A DNA stretch of 23,383 nucleotides from Promethearchaeota archaeon (GTDB taxonomy: Archaea; Asgardarchaeota; Lokiarchaeia; Sigyniarchaeales; SOKP01), in the NCBI GenBank assembly GCA_016926735.1, contig JAFGOA010000008.1:1-23383 (forward strand), in the 5' to 3' direction. The position numbers and the translations under genes are program-made. Of the stretch, positions 7,224-16,366 are shown piece after piece. The notes under the pieces were generated by a model that saw only the letters and a list, made by a program, of their open reading frames with translations, was not told the origin of the DNA and did no database searches. Numbering within the stretch: position 1 is the first letter of the stretch; every line of letters begins with the position of its first letter.

Positions 7224-8311
7224 TTAAATTTTTCGTATATTTTTATTTCTTTTCTTATTAATTCAACACTATCGGGGTAATTACTAATCAACCATATAAT
7301 GAATTGTGATACATTTATTTTATCATTTAACATAATCTTGCATCTTTGCTTAAATAAATTATCTGCTGCCGACATAATATCTTCAATGATATTGAAAACC
7401 ATTTGTGTATTTCTGGGCTTTATACCAAAAGTTAAGTTATATTTATGTTCTAATTCTTCTAATACACTTATCTTTCCTGCGAAATCACTAATTCTAATAG
7501 ATGGAACCCCGAGCATTGCAGCTTCAACTGACATACTTTGACTGTCACTTATCAATAGTTTTGAAAAACTCAAAATGTGATGAATATCAATAGGATCAAC
7601 TTTTAATCTATAATTTTCAAACTTTTCCTCTAATTTTTTTTCAGATGAAATGAATAGCCTTCCATATCTTGAAAGATATTCAATTAATCTAGATGCTATT
7701 TCATCCGAGAGTCCACGAATACCAATGTCATGATGTGCTGTAAGATTTGAAAATCTAATCAGAAAAAAATTATTTATATCCTTGCCAATATACTTACTAG
7801 CAATTTCATAATTTGGCTCAAATATTTTGGGATGAAGATATGCTAATTTTTGATAACCAGGATACTTAATTGATTTCTTTTCCCATTTGCCCAAGTCGCA
7901 AACGATTGGTGAGATTATATTATCTACAAATGGATACCCTATTTTAGCACTTATTGAAATAACATTTATATCATCCTCGGTAAAAATAATACTTTTAGCA
8001 CCTATCATTTTCGCAACATGGGCAATAGCAATTGAACTACCCAAAATAACATCTATACTGTTCTCTTTTAGTATTTTATATAATTCAATTTCTTTCTTAA
8101 TAAAAGAAATTAAAAAATTGAATTTGTTTAATCGCTTTGTCTTTTTTATTTTAAATTTTTTAACACTAAGACTATCTCCTTTTATCAGATCAGGAATTAC
8201 ATCTTTCTCGAAATAGATTAAATAAATGTTGTTGTTTTCTGAAAGGTGTTTAATCGATTCTCTAAATAAATAGTATTGAGATGGATGGGCTATAAAAAAG
8301 GCTATATTCAT
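7220..8311 (-). CDS. DUF354-like protein (GT-B-fold putative glycosyltransferase)
   Basis: 363 aa with FIAHPSQY, YPGYQKLAYLHP..FEPN, LIRF..LTAHHD, SDSQSMSVEAAMLGVPSI. Confidence 0.75.
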   Translation of the reverse strand: MNIAFFIAHPSQYYLFRESIKHLSENNNIYLIYFEKDVIPDLIKGDSLSVKKFKIKKTKRLNKFNFLISFIKKEIELYKILKENSIDVILGSSIAIAHVAKMIGAKSIIFTEDDINVISISAKIGYPFVDNIISPIVCDLGKWEKKSIKYPGYQKLAYLHPKIFEPNYEIASKYIGKDINNFFLIRFSNLTAHHDIGIRGLSDEIASRLIEYLSRYGRLFISSEKKLEEKFENYRLKVDPIDIHHILSFSKLLISDSQSMSVEAAMLGVPSIRISDFAGKISVLEELEHKYNLTFGIKPRNTQMVFNIIEDIMSAADNLFKQRCKIMLNDKINVSQFIIWLISNYPDSVELIRKEIKIYEKFK

Positions 8312-8498
8312 TTTAATATTAAATTTTATTCAACGAAAAAATAAGAAATAAATAAGAAAATTAAAAACATTACCCTTATATTAAGAAACTTTTTCTGAAC
8401 TTTTTTATAATTAATAACACCAACGTATACTATAAATATTTTAGTTTTATACAAAATTTTACATAAATAATCATATTAATAAACTTATATTATTTGTT

Positions 8499-9692
8499 TT
8501 ATTTACTATTTTTTTTTCTCATTTCAACTTGAAAAATTGATTGCGGCTTATGAATAAATACTAATTTCAAAAATGGTTTCATATATTTAAGGAATTTACT
8601 AAATAAAAAATCATAAGAAGGATAATCAGTAAAAGAATGATTTTCACTATTCATTAATTTTTGAAATTCATCTTGTGTAATATTTATTTTTTTACATATA
8701 TATGAAATTGTCTGATTAATGGTATTATTATCATGAGGGACTTTTTTGATTTCATTAAGTGCAAAATCCCTGCTGATTTCATTGCTTAAAACTTGAGCTG
8801 ATAAAGTGATTTTTCTTTTATCAATACCAAATTTTTCATATAACCAATATGAGATACTAAATTTCGTAAAAATATTCTCGTAATGATGACCGCCATAATA
8901 TTCCCATCCATACTTTTCGCTTAGAAATTTTTGAGCTTTATTTTTGTTATAATCAAGGTAATAGAAAGGATAGATGCTCTTAATTTTTTTTATAAAACCA
9001 TAATAAAGTAAATTTAGTAGTGTATAATTGGGAAATGTTTTTAATTTTACCTTGCCATATTTTTTATGTAGATATTTCAATTGACGCCCGTCACCGTAAG
9101 TCCATTCAGTGGGCTGAGAACCCTCTGAACGAAAATCGTTACCACGTAATACGTAAGATATTCTTTCTCTTGCAGCTACTTTGTAAAGAACAGATTTTAT
9201 CGCTAAATCAGCGGGAATATCTATCCAAGGTAAACCAGCTAACATATAACATTTTATTAAATCTGCAACTTCTTCATAGTTTATTACATAAGTTTCTAAA
9301 TCAATTTTCAAAGTATTAGTCATACTTTTTATATTTTTAACTGCAATATCACTATTCCAGCCATTATCAAGATTTACTGCCAGGGGACGTAAGTTATATT
9401 CCTTCTTCGCAATGTGCATTAAATATGAGCTATCTGTACCCCCACTGACACCGATTATGCAGTCATATTTTTTTCCTTTTCCTTTTTCTTTTATTTTATC
9501 AACAATATTTTCCCATTGCTTTTTTCCTTTCTCACCCCTTGGATATTCTTCGCAAAGTTTATCAAACATTTTAGCATAATTAGACACACCGTTTTCATCA
9601 AATGTAATTCCGGGTACGGTTGTATCCCAGATACCTCTGGTGCAAATGCGGTATTCCTGTTTTGTTTCAATCATTAAAAAATTCCTTTTCAA
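8499..9692 (-). CDS. N-acetyl sugar amidotransferase (PP-loop; WbuX/WbpG/PseA-like); the true start may be the second Met (MIETKQ)
   Basis: 397 aa with YDCIIGVSGGTDSSY, LRPLAVNLDNGWNS, GWEYYGGHHYEN, FGIDKRK. Adjacent to hisF- and hisH-like genes. Confidence 0.88.
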   Translation of the reverse strand: MKRNFLMIETKQEYRICTRGIWDTTVPGITFDENGVSNYAKMFDKLCEEYPRGEKGKKQWENIVDKIKEKGKGKKYDCIIGVSGGTDSSYLMHIAKKEYNLRPLAVNLDNGWNSDIAVKNIKSMTNTLKIDLETYVINYEEVADLIKCYMLAGLPWIDIPADLAIKSVLYKVAARERISYVLRGNDFRSEGSQPTEWTYGDGRQLKYLHKKYGKVKLKTFPNYTLLNLLYYGFIKKIKSIYPFYYLDYNKNKAQKFLSEKYGWEYYGGHHYENIFTKFSISYWLYEKFGIDKRKITLSAQVLSNEISRDFALNEIKKVPHDNNTINQTISYICKKINITQDEFQKLMNSENHSFTDYPSYDFLFSKFLKYMKPFLKLVFIHKPQSIFQVEMRKKNSK

Positions 9693-10446
9693 ATAATTTA
9701 TTTATTTCACTTTTTGAAGGATAATTTATAAGTACAGCTCTTCGGGCACCATGATATATAAATAAACTGCCAGCAGCAAGTGCATGTGCATTACCCACTA
9801 AAAAAGCATCCCTTAAATGTTCAAGATTGCCCGCTCCTCCACATGCTACAACAGGTATATTCACATTATCTACAATACTCTTAATTAAAGTGAGATCATA
9901 TCCTGTCATCGTTCCATCTAAATCAGTAGAATTAATTATTAACTCTCCAGCACCTAATTGTTCAACCTTCTTTGAATATTCTATTGGATTGATTTTTGTT
10001 TTTTCGCTGCCATCTTTTATCCAACATTCATATTTACCAAAAAAATTTTTCTTAACATCTAAAGATACTACAATACTTTGACTTCCAAAAATCTTTGCTG
10101 ATTCTTCAATCAGTGATGGATTTAGAAAAGCACTTGTATTTATAATAACCTTCTCTGCTCCTGCTTTTAGTAACTGTTCAATCTGTTCAATATTACTAAT
10201 CCCACCACCGACACCGAAAGGCATAAATGCTTCATCACCAATATCTTTCACCAGATCAACAGAAATGTATCTTCCCTTTCTTGAAGCTGTAATATCGAGA
10301 AATACAAGTTCATCTGCTTTTAAATCATTAAAAATCTTAACAGCGTTTATCGGGTCACCTATATATCTTGGCTCTTTAAACTTCACTGTCTTAACAAGAC
10401 CTTTTCCTTTTAGAAGTAATACGGGTATTATTCTTGGGAGAAACAT
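9667..10446 (-). CDS. hisF: HisF-like cyclase-fold subunit of a sugar amidotransferase module (WbuZ/HisF2-like)
   Basis: 259 aa with RIIPVLLL..GLVKTVKF..PRYIGDPINAVKIFN, ADELVFLDI, GAGELIINS.DLDG..GYD, AVLINYP. This is the polysaccharide-locus paralogue, not the His-operon copy. Confidence 0.88.
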   Translation of the reverse strand: MFLPRIIPVLLLKGKGLVKTVKFKEPRYIGDPINAVKIFNDLKADELVFLDITASRKGRYISVDLVKDIGDEAFMPFGVGGGISNIEQIEQLLKAGAEKVIINTSAFLNPSLIEESAKIFGSQSIVVSLDVKKNFFGKYECWIKDGSEKTKINPIEYSKKVEQLGAGELIINSTDLDGTMTGYDLTLIKSIVDNVNIPVVACGGAGNLEHLRDAFLVGNAHALAAGSLFIYHGARRAVLINYPSKSEINKLFEKEFFND

Positions 10447-10521
10447 GTTTTAGTGATTATATTATTTAAGTTATAGTGCATTATTTTGTATAATAGATTA
10501 ATTTAATAAATCAGTGGCCTT

Positions 10522-10569
10522 GAGACTAGGAGACTTAGGGACTAAGTGACTTAGGAACTGAGTGATAGT
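10522..10569. repeat. 8-nt-period degenerate array (GAGACTNA-type), downstream arm of four-helix-bundle gene 1
   Basis: Plus strand: GAGACTAG GAGACTTA GGGACTAA GTGACTTA GGAACTGA GTGATAGT. Confidence 0.85.
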
Positions 10570-10936
10570 GATTTAATATAACCATTTTTCTGGTTGTAAG
10601 GACATATTTACCAATAATGTTATCATAATATTTATTTAGATTCTTATGTATTTCTTTGTCAATATAATTGCAACTTAAAGAGAAATCTAACCAAACCTGT
10701 GTTTCTGCTGCTTCACTTTCAGAGTCTGATAATTTAGAAACAAATGATTTAGGGTACTTCCTTTTTCTAAATGCTTCAGCAATATTCGAACATACAGATC
10801 GAGATGATCTTTTTATTTGATCAGTTAACGAATATTTTTCTTCTTTCGGAAAATTCTTTGTAAGATTATAAATTTCCATTGCTGCTTCAAATGCAACATT
10901 AAAAACATCTAGTTCCCTGTGTGATCTTATTTTCAT
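10535..10936 (-). CDS. Four-helix-bundle protein (23S rRNA intervening-sequence protein family), with a probable frameshift near the 3' end
   Basis: SHRELDVF, TKNFPKEEKYSLTDQIKRSSRSVCSNIAEAFRKR, EAAETQVWLDF. The family-like tail NMSLQPEKWLY* lies in another frame (stop at 10575-10573). Confidence 0.9.
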   Translation of the reverse strand: MKIRSHRELDVFNVAFEAAMEIYNLTKNFPKEEKYSLTDQIKRSSRSVCSNIAEAFRKRKYPKSFVSKLSDSESEAAETQVWLDFSLSCNYIDKEIHKNLNKYYDNIIGKYVLTTRKMVILNHYHSVPKSLSP

Positions 10937-10974
10937 TTATTATTTACGGTATTTTTCCAAAATTTTTTTGTTAC

Positions 10975-11019
10975 TAAGTCTCTCCTTATCTCTTAGTCTC
11001 TCTTTCTCTCAGTCTCTCA
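10975..11019. repeat. 8-nt-period degenerate array (TNAGTCTC-type), upstream arm of four-helix-bundle gene 1, inverted relative to 10522-10569
   Basis: Plus strand: TAAGTCTC tc CTTATCTC TTAGTCTC TCTTTCTC TCAGTCTC TCA. These are reverse complements of the GAGACTNA units. Confidence 0.85.
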
Positions 11020-11033
11020 TACATCCCCTTTCC

Positions 11034-11642
11034 TCAAATCTCCGCAAAATTCCTCAATACCTGCAGCCCTGCATCATGGCTTTTTTCTGGATGAAACTGA
11101 CAACCGTAAATATTATCTCTTTGAAAAGAAGAAACAAATCGTTCGCCGTAACTCGTTTCTGATATAATATCATTTTCATCATCACAAGTAACAAAATATG
11201 AATGAACAAAATAAAAGAAATCATTATTATCAATATTGTGAGTTAAATTGTTTTCCCTTTTAATATTCAAATTATTCCAGCCCATATGAGGTATTTTTAG
11301 TTTTTTAATTTGAAAATTGAATTTTCTTGTTTTACCTTTTATCCAGCCTAGCCCTTCACAATTTCCTTCTTCACTATATTCAGTCATTAATTGCATCCCA
11401 AGACAAATTCCTAATATTGGAATTTTTTTTTCTATTACTGCTGAATTGAGTATTTCAAATATTCCAAGTTTTTTAAGATTGGCAAATCCTCTTTCAAAAT
11501 GCCCAACTCCAGGTAAAATTATTTTATCTGCATTCAGTATATCATCCTCTCTTGAAGTAATAATTGCTTTTACTCTTATCCTTTCAAAGGCTTTTTGGAC
11601 AGAGCGAAGATTGCCCATACCGTAATCAATTATTGTAATCAT
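11034..11642 (-). CDS. hisH: HisH-like class I glutamine amidotransferase (WbuY-like)
   Basis: 202 aa with IIDYGMGNLRSV, ILPGVG, LGICLGMQ (catalytic Cys), IPHMGWN, FYFVHSY, QFHPEKS. Polysaccharide-locus paralogue. Confidence 0.92.
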   Translation of the reverse strand: MITIIDYGMGNLRSVQKAFERIRVKAIITSREDDILNADKIILPGVGHFERGFANLKKLGIFEILNSAVIEKKIPILGICLGMQLMTEYSEEGNCEGLGWIKGKTRKFNFQIKKLKIPHMGWNNLNIKRENNLTHNIDNNDFFYFVHSYFVTCDDENDIISETSYGERFVSSFQRDNIYGCQFHPEKSHDAGLQVLRNFAEI

Positions 11643-12600
11643 TTTTTTTTATAACTTCATTGTAAATATTTACAATTTTTTTTGAGATTAGGTGATTATC
11701 TAATCCTAAATCGATAATTCTTTGCTTTCCATTAATTCTTTTCCCATCTTTTAACACTAATTTAATTTTTTCGGAAATTTCGTTTTCATTATAAGATGTG
11801 ATATAACAACCTGCTGTATCTCCTATCACTTCTCTAATATCACCTACATCAACAGAAACTACTGGACAACCACAGGCCAAGGCTTCTTTTATAACCTGTG
11901 GTGAACCTTCTGAAAAAGATGTGAAAATTAATAAATCACAAGCATTAAATAACAAATTAACTTCAAATCGTTCTCTGTTTTTTATTTCTAAAAGTTCAAT
12001 ATTGTCAATTAAGTTAATAGATTTTATCGCTAAAGCGAAATTTTTGTTTCTGTTTTCAAAATAAGATGAAAACAAAGCGAAGTTCTTTTTAAAATCTAGT
12101 CCTAATTTTGATTTGGCTTCACTTTTATCGATATAATATATTTCATTAAAATCTACACCAAAAGGTAATATTGAAAATTTCTTTTTTGTTTTTGAGACAT
12201 CTAACAATTTTTGAGATACGAAAATATTATGTTTTGATAAATGAATACTTATTTTCGATATTTTTAATGCTAAATAATTATTAATATCACTTCCAATAAA
12301 AGTTGATATTACAGGAATTGTTCTTTGCAAATTAGCAAATAAACACGAAAAACCATAAAATGCATGTACAATATCGGGTTTAAAAGCTTTAATTTTTATT
12401 TTGAATTTTTTATAGTTCTTTAAATAACCCCAAATACCTCTATTATTTATAAAAAAATAATCGATTATTATACCATTTCTTTTTATTGCTTCTGTTTGCT
12501 CATAAATAAAACACTGATGTTTTTTAAAGTCAAAATTTTCTTTTGCACCACTACAAACTATTAATACTTTTAAAAGCTGTTTATTAAATATTTTTTTCAA
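11626..12600 (-). CDS. Glycosyltransferase family 4
   Basis: 324 aa with KPDIVHAFYG, TSFSEGSPQVIKEALACGCPVVSVDVGD (EX7E motif). Confidence 0.88.
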   Translation of the reverse strand: MKKIFNKQLLKVLIVCSGAKENFDFKKHQCFIYEQTEAIKRNGIIIDYFFINNRGIWGYLKNYKKFKIKIKAFKPDIVHAFYGFSCLFANLQRTIPVISTFIGSDINNYLALKISKISIHLSKHNIFVSQKLLDVSKTKKKFSILPFGVDFNEIYYIDKSEAKSKLGLDFKKNFALFSSYFENRNKNFALAIKSINLIDNIELLEIKNRERFEVNLLFNACDLLIFTSFSEGSPQVIKEALACGCPVVSVDVGDIREVIGDTAGCYITSYNENEISEKIKLVLKDGKRINGKQRIIDLGLDNHLISKKIVNIYNEVIKKNDYNN

Positions 12601-13432
12601 GTATATTCCTCAATCCTACTTCTATAGAAATATTCGGAAACCAATTAAGTTCTTTCTTTATTTTAGAAATATCTGCTACAGTATTTAAAACTTCTTCTTT
12701 CCTAAAATCATTTGTAAAATTAACCTTAATATTCTTTTTTGTGTAATTTAGAATAATTTCAATAATTTCATATATTGAATAAGATTTTCCATAACCTATA
12801 TTATAAATTGAAAAAGAGTTAATTACTTTTATAACCTTGATAATAGAATCAATAACATCTGAAATATATATAAAATCACGTTTTGGACGAGGATCTTTTA
12901 ATAGAATGGAGCCAGTTTTGTATTGTTCAGTAATTGATGGTATGAGATACGAGCTATTTTGACCCATTCCATAAATATTAAAGGGTCTTAGAATCACAAT
13001 TGGAATACCAAAGTCACGATTATATCCTTCGCATAATTTTTCACAGATTAATTTCGTTTGAGCATAAGGGTTATGTGGTTTAATTGGATGTTTTTCGTCT
13101 ATTGGCAAATATTCAGGTTTACCATATAAGTATGAACTTATAAAAATAACTTTCGAATTATATTTTCTTGCCAATTCCAATATATTTAATGTCATAACAT
13201 AATTATCATGATAAAATTCATAAGGTCTTTCAAATGAGTGGGGGACAAATGACTTAGATGCAAGGTGTACAATAACATCAAATTTTGGTATTCGTTCAAC
13301 ATCTTTCTTTTTTGTAAGGTCAAATCCTTTGTCTATATCTAATTCAATAACATTTTCCTTGTTTTTATTTAGTGCATTTACCAAATGTCTTCCAACAAAT
13401 CCTGCACTACCTGTTACAGCAATATTTTTCAT
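12584..13432 (-). CDS. NAD-dependent epimerase/dehydratase/4-reductase (extended SDR)
   Basis: 282 aa with VTGSAGFVG, HLASKSFVPHS, PYAQTK (YxxxK), LRPFNIYG, RDFIYISD. Confidence 0.85.
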   Translation of the reverse strand: MKNIAVTGSAGFVGRHLVNALNKNKENVIELDIDKGFDLTKKKDVERIPKFDVIVHLASKSFVPHSFERPYEFYHDNYVMTLNILELARKYNSKVIFISSYLYGKPEYLPIDEKHPIKPHNPYAQTKLICEKLCEGYNRDFGIPIVILRPFNIYGMGQNSSYLIPSITEQYKTGSILLKDPRPKRDFIYISDVIDSIIKVIKVINSFSIYNIGYGKSYSIYEIIEIILNYTKKNIKVNFTNDFRKEEVLNTVADISKIKKELNWFPNISIEVGLRNILEKNI

Positions 13433-14133
13433 TTTATTTCTTTAATCCTATCAATTTCATTTAACGCTCTTTCGTAGTCATCAGGTCGTCCAATATCAAG
13501 CCAATAACCATCAAATTCATATATATACGGCAATTCTGACTTTTCGATTAATAATTTCATAAGGTTATCAAAACCAAAATAAGTATCCTGTGGAATAAAT
13601 TTAACAATATTTCTATTAACCATATAAACACCCATACTTACAAAAAAATTGTAAATTGGTTTTTCTTCAAATTTAATAAGTTTTTTTTCTTCATTACTAT
13701 GCAAAACACCATAATCTATTTTTTCTGCTCGTTTATATGAACTTACCGTAAAATTATTTTTATTTTTTATATGAAAATTGTAAAAACTGTCTAAATTCAT
13801 ATCTGTTAATATATCACCATTCATAACAAGAAAATTTTCGGGTAGGTCTTCAATTAAAGTCAATGGACCCATTGTACTTAATGGTTTATCTTCTGTTGTG
13901 TAATCAATTTTCAAATTCCATTTTGAGCCATCCCCAAAAACTGCTTTAATAATCTCCGCCAAGTGGTTTACTGTAATTGTAATGTGTTCAAATCCATAAT
14001 TCTTTAATTGCAATATTATTATTTCTAAAATTGGTTTGTCACCTAAAGGAACTAATGGTTTGGGCAAAACAATAGAATAAGGTTTTAACCTTGTCCCTTT
14101 ACCACCAGCAAGTATAACAGCCCGCTTAGACAT
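13429..14133 (-). CDS. Sugar-1-phosphate nucleotidyltransferase (guanylyltransferase-like, no CBS domains)
   Basis: 234 aa with VILAGGKGTRLKP...PKPLVP, VMNGDILTD, FEEKP, WLDIGRPDDY. Confidence 0.88.
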   Translation of the reverse strand: MSKRAVILAGGKGTRLKPYSIVLPKPLVPLGDKPILEIIILQLKNYGFEHITITVNHLAEIIKAVFGDGSKWNLKIDYTTEDKPLSTMGPLTLIEDLPENFLVMNGDILTDMNLDSFYNFHIKNKNNFTVSSYKRAEKIDYGVLHSNEEKKLIKFEEKPIYNFFVSMGVYMVNRNIVKFIPQDTYFGFDNLMKLLIEKSELPYIYEFDGYWLDIGRPDDYERALNEIDRIKEIK

Positions 14134-15097
14134 TATATATATCCGATTTATAAATATGTTTATGAATTTTCATCCATTCTATTGTTTCTTTCAAACCCGA
14201 ATCAATATCATATTTGGGACTCCAATCAGTAATCGAGATTATCTTAGAATTATCACATAATAATCTTTCAACTTCACTACTATTTGGCCTTATTCTTTGT
14301 TCTTCCGTTTCGATCTTAATCACTTTGCCAATCAAAGATGCTATTTTTTCTGCTAAATTTCCAACACTTATTTCTTTATTCATCCCAATATTTGTAATCT
14401 GTCCATTTAATGATTTATTTTTTGATATTTCTAAAAATCCTTCAACAGTATCTTTAACATAAGTAAGATCCCTGGTTGGATTCAAATTACCTAATTTTAA
14501 AGGTTTATCATCAAGTAATTGAGCGATAATGGTCGGTATAACCGCACGAGCAGATTGTCGAGTACCAAAAGTATTAAAAGGTCTTGCAATTTTAACCGGC
14601 AAATCAAATGAACGATAATAACTAATTGCAATTTGATCGGCAGCTATTTTCGATGCTGAATAAGGAGATTGTCCAACCATCGGATGTTTTTCATCAATTG
14701 GGACATATTGAGCAGTTCCATAAGTTTCACTTGTTGAGGTAACAATTACATTCTCTAAACTCAACTCACGCGCTGATTGAAGAATATTATAAGTCCCCTC
14801 AATATTTGTCCTTATATAAGCAAGTGGTGATATATAAGAATATGGAATCCCAATTAGTGCTGCTAGATGAAAAACTGTATCGCATCCTTTCATAGAATTA
14901 TACACCGAGTCAAAATCTCTAATATCACCGGCAAGAACTTCAATATCGCTTTTACACTTACATTCTTCAAGCCAGCCCCAATTATTTCGTGAATTATAAT
15001 GCACAAATGCTCTTACGGTATATTTTCTCTCAACAAGTAATTCAGTTAAGTGAGAACCTATAAAACCGGCGGCACCTGTAATAAGTATTTTTTTCAT
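14126..15097 (-). CDS. NAD-dependent nucleotide-sugar 4,6-dehydratase, LegB-like
   Basis: 323 aa with ITGAAGFIGSHL, YNSRNNWGWLE, HLAALIGIPYSY, TSTSETYGTAQYVPIDEKHP..GQSPYSASK, RQSARAVIPTII, SEVERL. Confidence 0.85.
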   Translation of the reverse strand: MKKILITGAAGFIGSHLTELLVERKYTVRAFVHYNSRNNWGWLEECKCKSDIEVLAGDIRDFDSVYNSMKGCDTVFHLAALIGIPYSYISPLAYIRTNIEGTYNILQSARELSLENVIVTSTSETYGTAQYVPIDEKHPMVGQSPYSASKIAADQIAISYYRSFDLPVKIARPFNTFGTRQSARAVIPTIIAQLLDDKPLKLGNLNPTRDLTYVKDTVEGFLEISKNKSLNGQITNIGMNKEISVGNLAEKIASLIGKVIKIETEEQRIRPNSSEVERLLCDNSKIISITDWSPKYDIDSGLKETIEWMKIHKHIYKSDIYNV

Positions 15098-15099
15098 TT

Positions 15100-16161
15100 T
15101 TAATTTATTTTAATATTAATATTTAACAAATTCTCCCAAAACACTGTCGCAGCTTTATGAGAATATTTTTCATGAATCGTTTTCACTGCGTTCTGTGATA
15201 AATCATTTCTTAATTTATCATTATTCAATAAAGTATTTATTTTATCTTTGTAACTTTTAATATCATCATACCTGTTGATTATAAATCCATTTTTATAATC
15301 TTGAATTAAATCTGAGATATCTCCTATATTAGGAACTACACATGGAATTCCACAACACATACTTTCTATTACAGAACGTGGTAGTCCTTCGGTTGAAGAT
15401 GTTATAACAAAAATCTTTCCCTGCTGGAAAAAACTTATTTTATCGTCTATAAAACCTAAGAGTTCAACATTATCTTGCAAATAATTCTGCTTTATAAAAT
15501 TATTGAGTTGATAATATTCCTCACCGCTACCAGCAATACCGACCCTGATATTTTTATAGTCTTTTTTAAGTTCTAAAACTATTTTCAACAAAACTATCAA
15601 TTCTTTTTCAGGGCTTAAACGACCTAAATTTATAATATCATATTTTTTGTCACAAGTGGAAATTTTGTAATTAGACACATCTATTGAGTTTGGAAGAATG
15701 AATAATTTCTTTGGATTATGACCTTTTTTTATAAGAAAATTTCTTGAATTATTACCTGTAATTGTGGTAAAATTCATTTTTTTTATCATTAAATTCATTA
15801 ACCAAAGTCTGAATCCTTTTCTTATTTTTATATATGCAGGATTACCTATTATACAAAGGACTGTTCTTTTCCTAAGTACTAAACCAGTTAAAAATGCAAT
15901 AAAACCGTGAGGTATTTCATATATACCAATTATATAATCAACCCCTTTACTTTTTCTTATCGCATTGAAAAACCGAAATATAAGTTTTAGAATTTTAGGT
16001 CGTTTTATATCATCTATAATATATTTTACTTTATCATATTCTTGTAAATAACCTTCTCCAAAAACAAAAATCTTTTCAACGGATTTTATATCTGCAAGTG
16101 GTTTTATAAATCCAAAGGATTCGGATTTTTTTGATGTATTGACAATTATGCTTATTATCAT
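15100..16161 (-). CDS. Glycosyltransferase family 4
   Basis: 353 aa with LGRLSPEK, IAGSG, TSSTEGLPRSVIESMCCGIP. Confidence 0.88.
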   Translation of the reverse strand: MIISIIVNTSKKSESFGFIKPLADIKSVEKIFVFGEGYLQEYDKVKYIIDDIKRPKILKLIFRFFNAIRKSKGVDYIIGIYEIPHGFIAFLTGLVLRKRTVLCIIGNPAYIKIRKGFRLWLMNLMIKKMNFTTITGNNSRNFLIKKGHNPKKLFILPNSIDVSNYKISTCDKKYDIINLGRLSPEKELIVLLKIVLELKKDYKNIRVGIAGSGEEYYQLNNFIKQNYLQDNVELLGFIDDKISFFQQGKIFVITSSTEGLPRSVIESMCCGIPCVVPNIGDISDLIQDYKNGFIINRYDDIKSYKDKINTLLNNDKLRNDLSQNAVKTIHEKYSHKAATVFWENLLNINIKIN

Positions 16162-16366
16162 TAATTTTTTACAAATCTTAACAAAACTTATAAAGAATAT
16201 TAAAATTGTTGCAACATAGGGTTCAAAACCATTGTTAAATAATATTTAAAATACTCCGTGCACTTATATGGGCTTTTCAAAGATTTCATATAATAAGTTT
16301 TCCTAAAAATTTTATTAATTTAAGAAATACTAGCAGCAATCTTATACTTTGAATTCATAAAATAAC

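Noticed and set aside
8312-8498. AT-rich gap as an internal promoter
   Set aside because: -10-like hexamers are ubiquitous at this composition, so no specific site can be supported.
10968-11162. Plus-strand ORF starting MLLSLSLSLSLS
   Set aside because: A translation artefact of the CT-rich repeat arm, antisense to hisH.
9667-11642. Histidine biosynthesis operon
   Set aside because: No other his genes. Sequence features and the adjacent amidotransferase indicate glycan-modifying paralogues.
16162-16366. Possible decayed ORF between two GT genes (MNSKYKIAASIS*INKIF...)
   Set aside because: No recognisable family motif; cannot be told apart from AT-rich spacer without a search.
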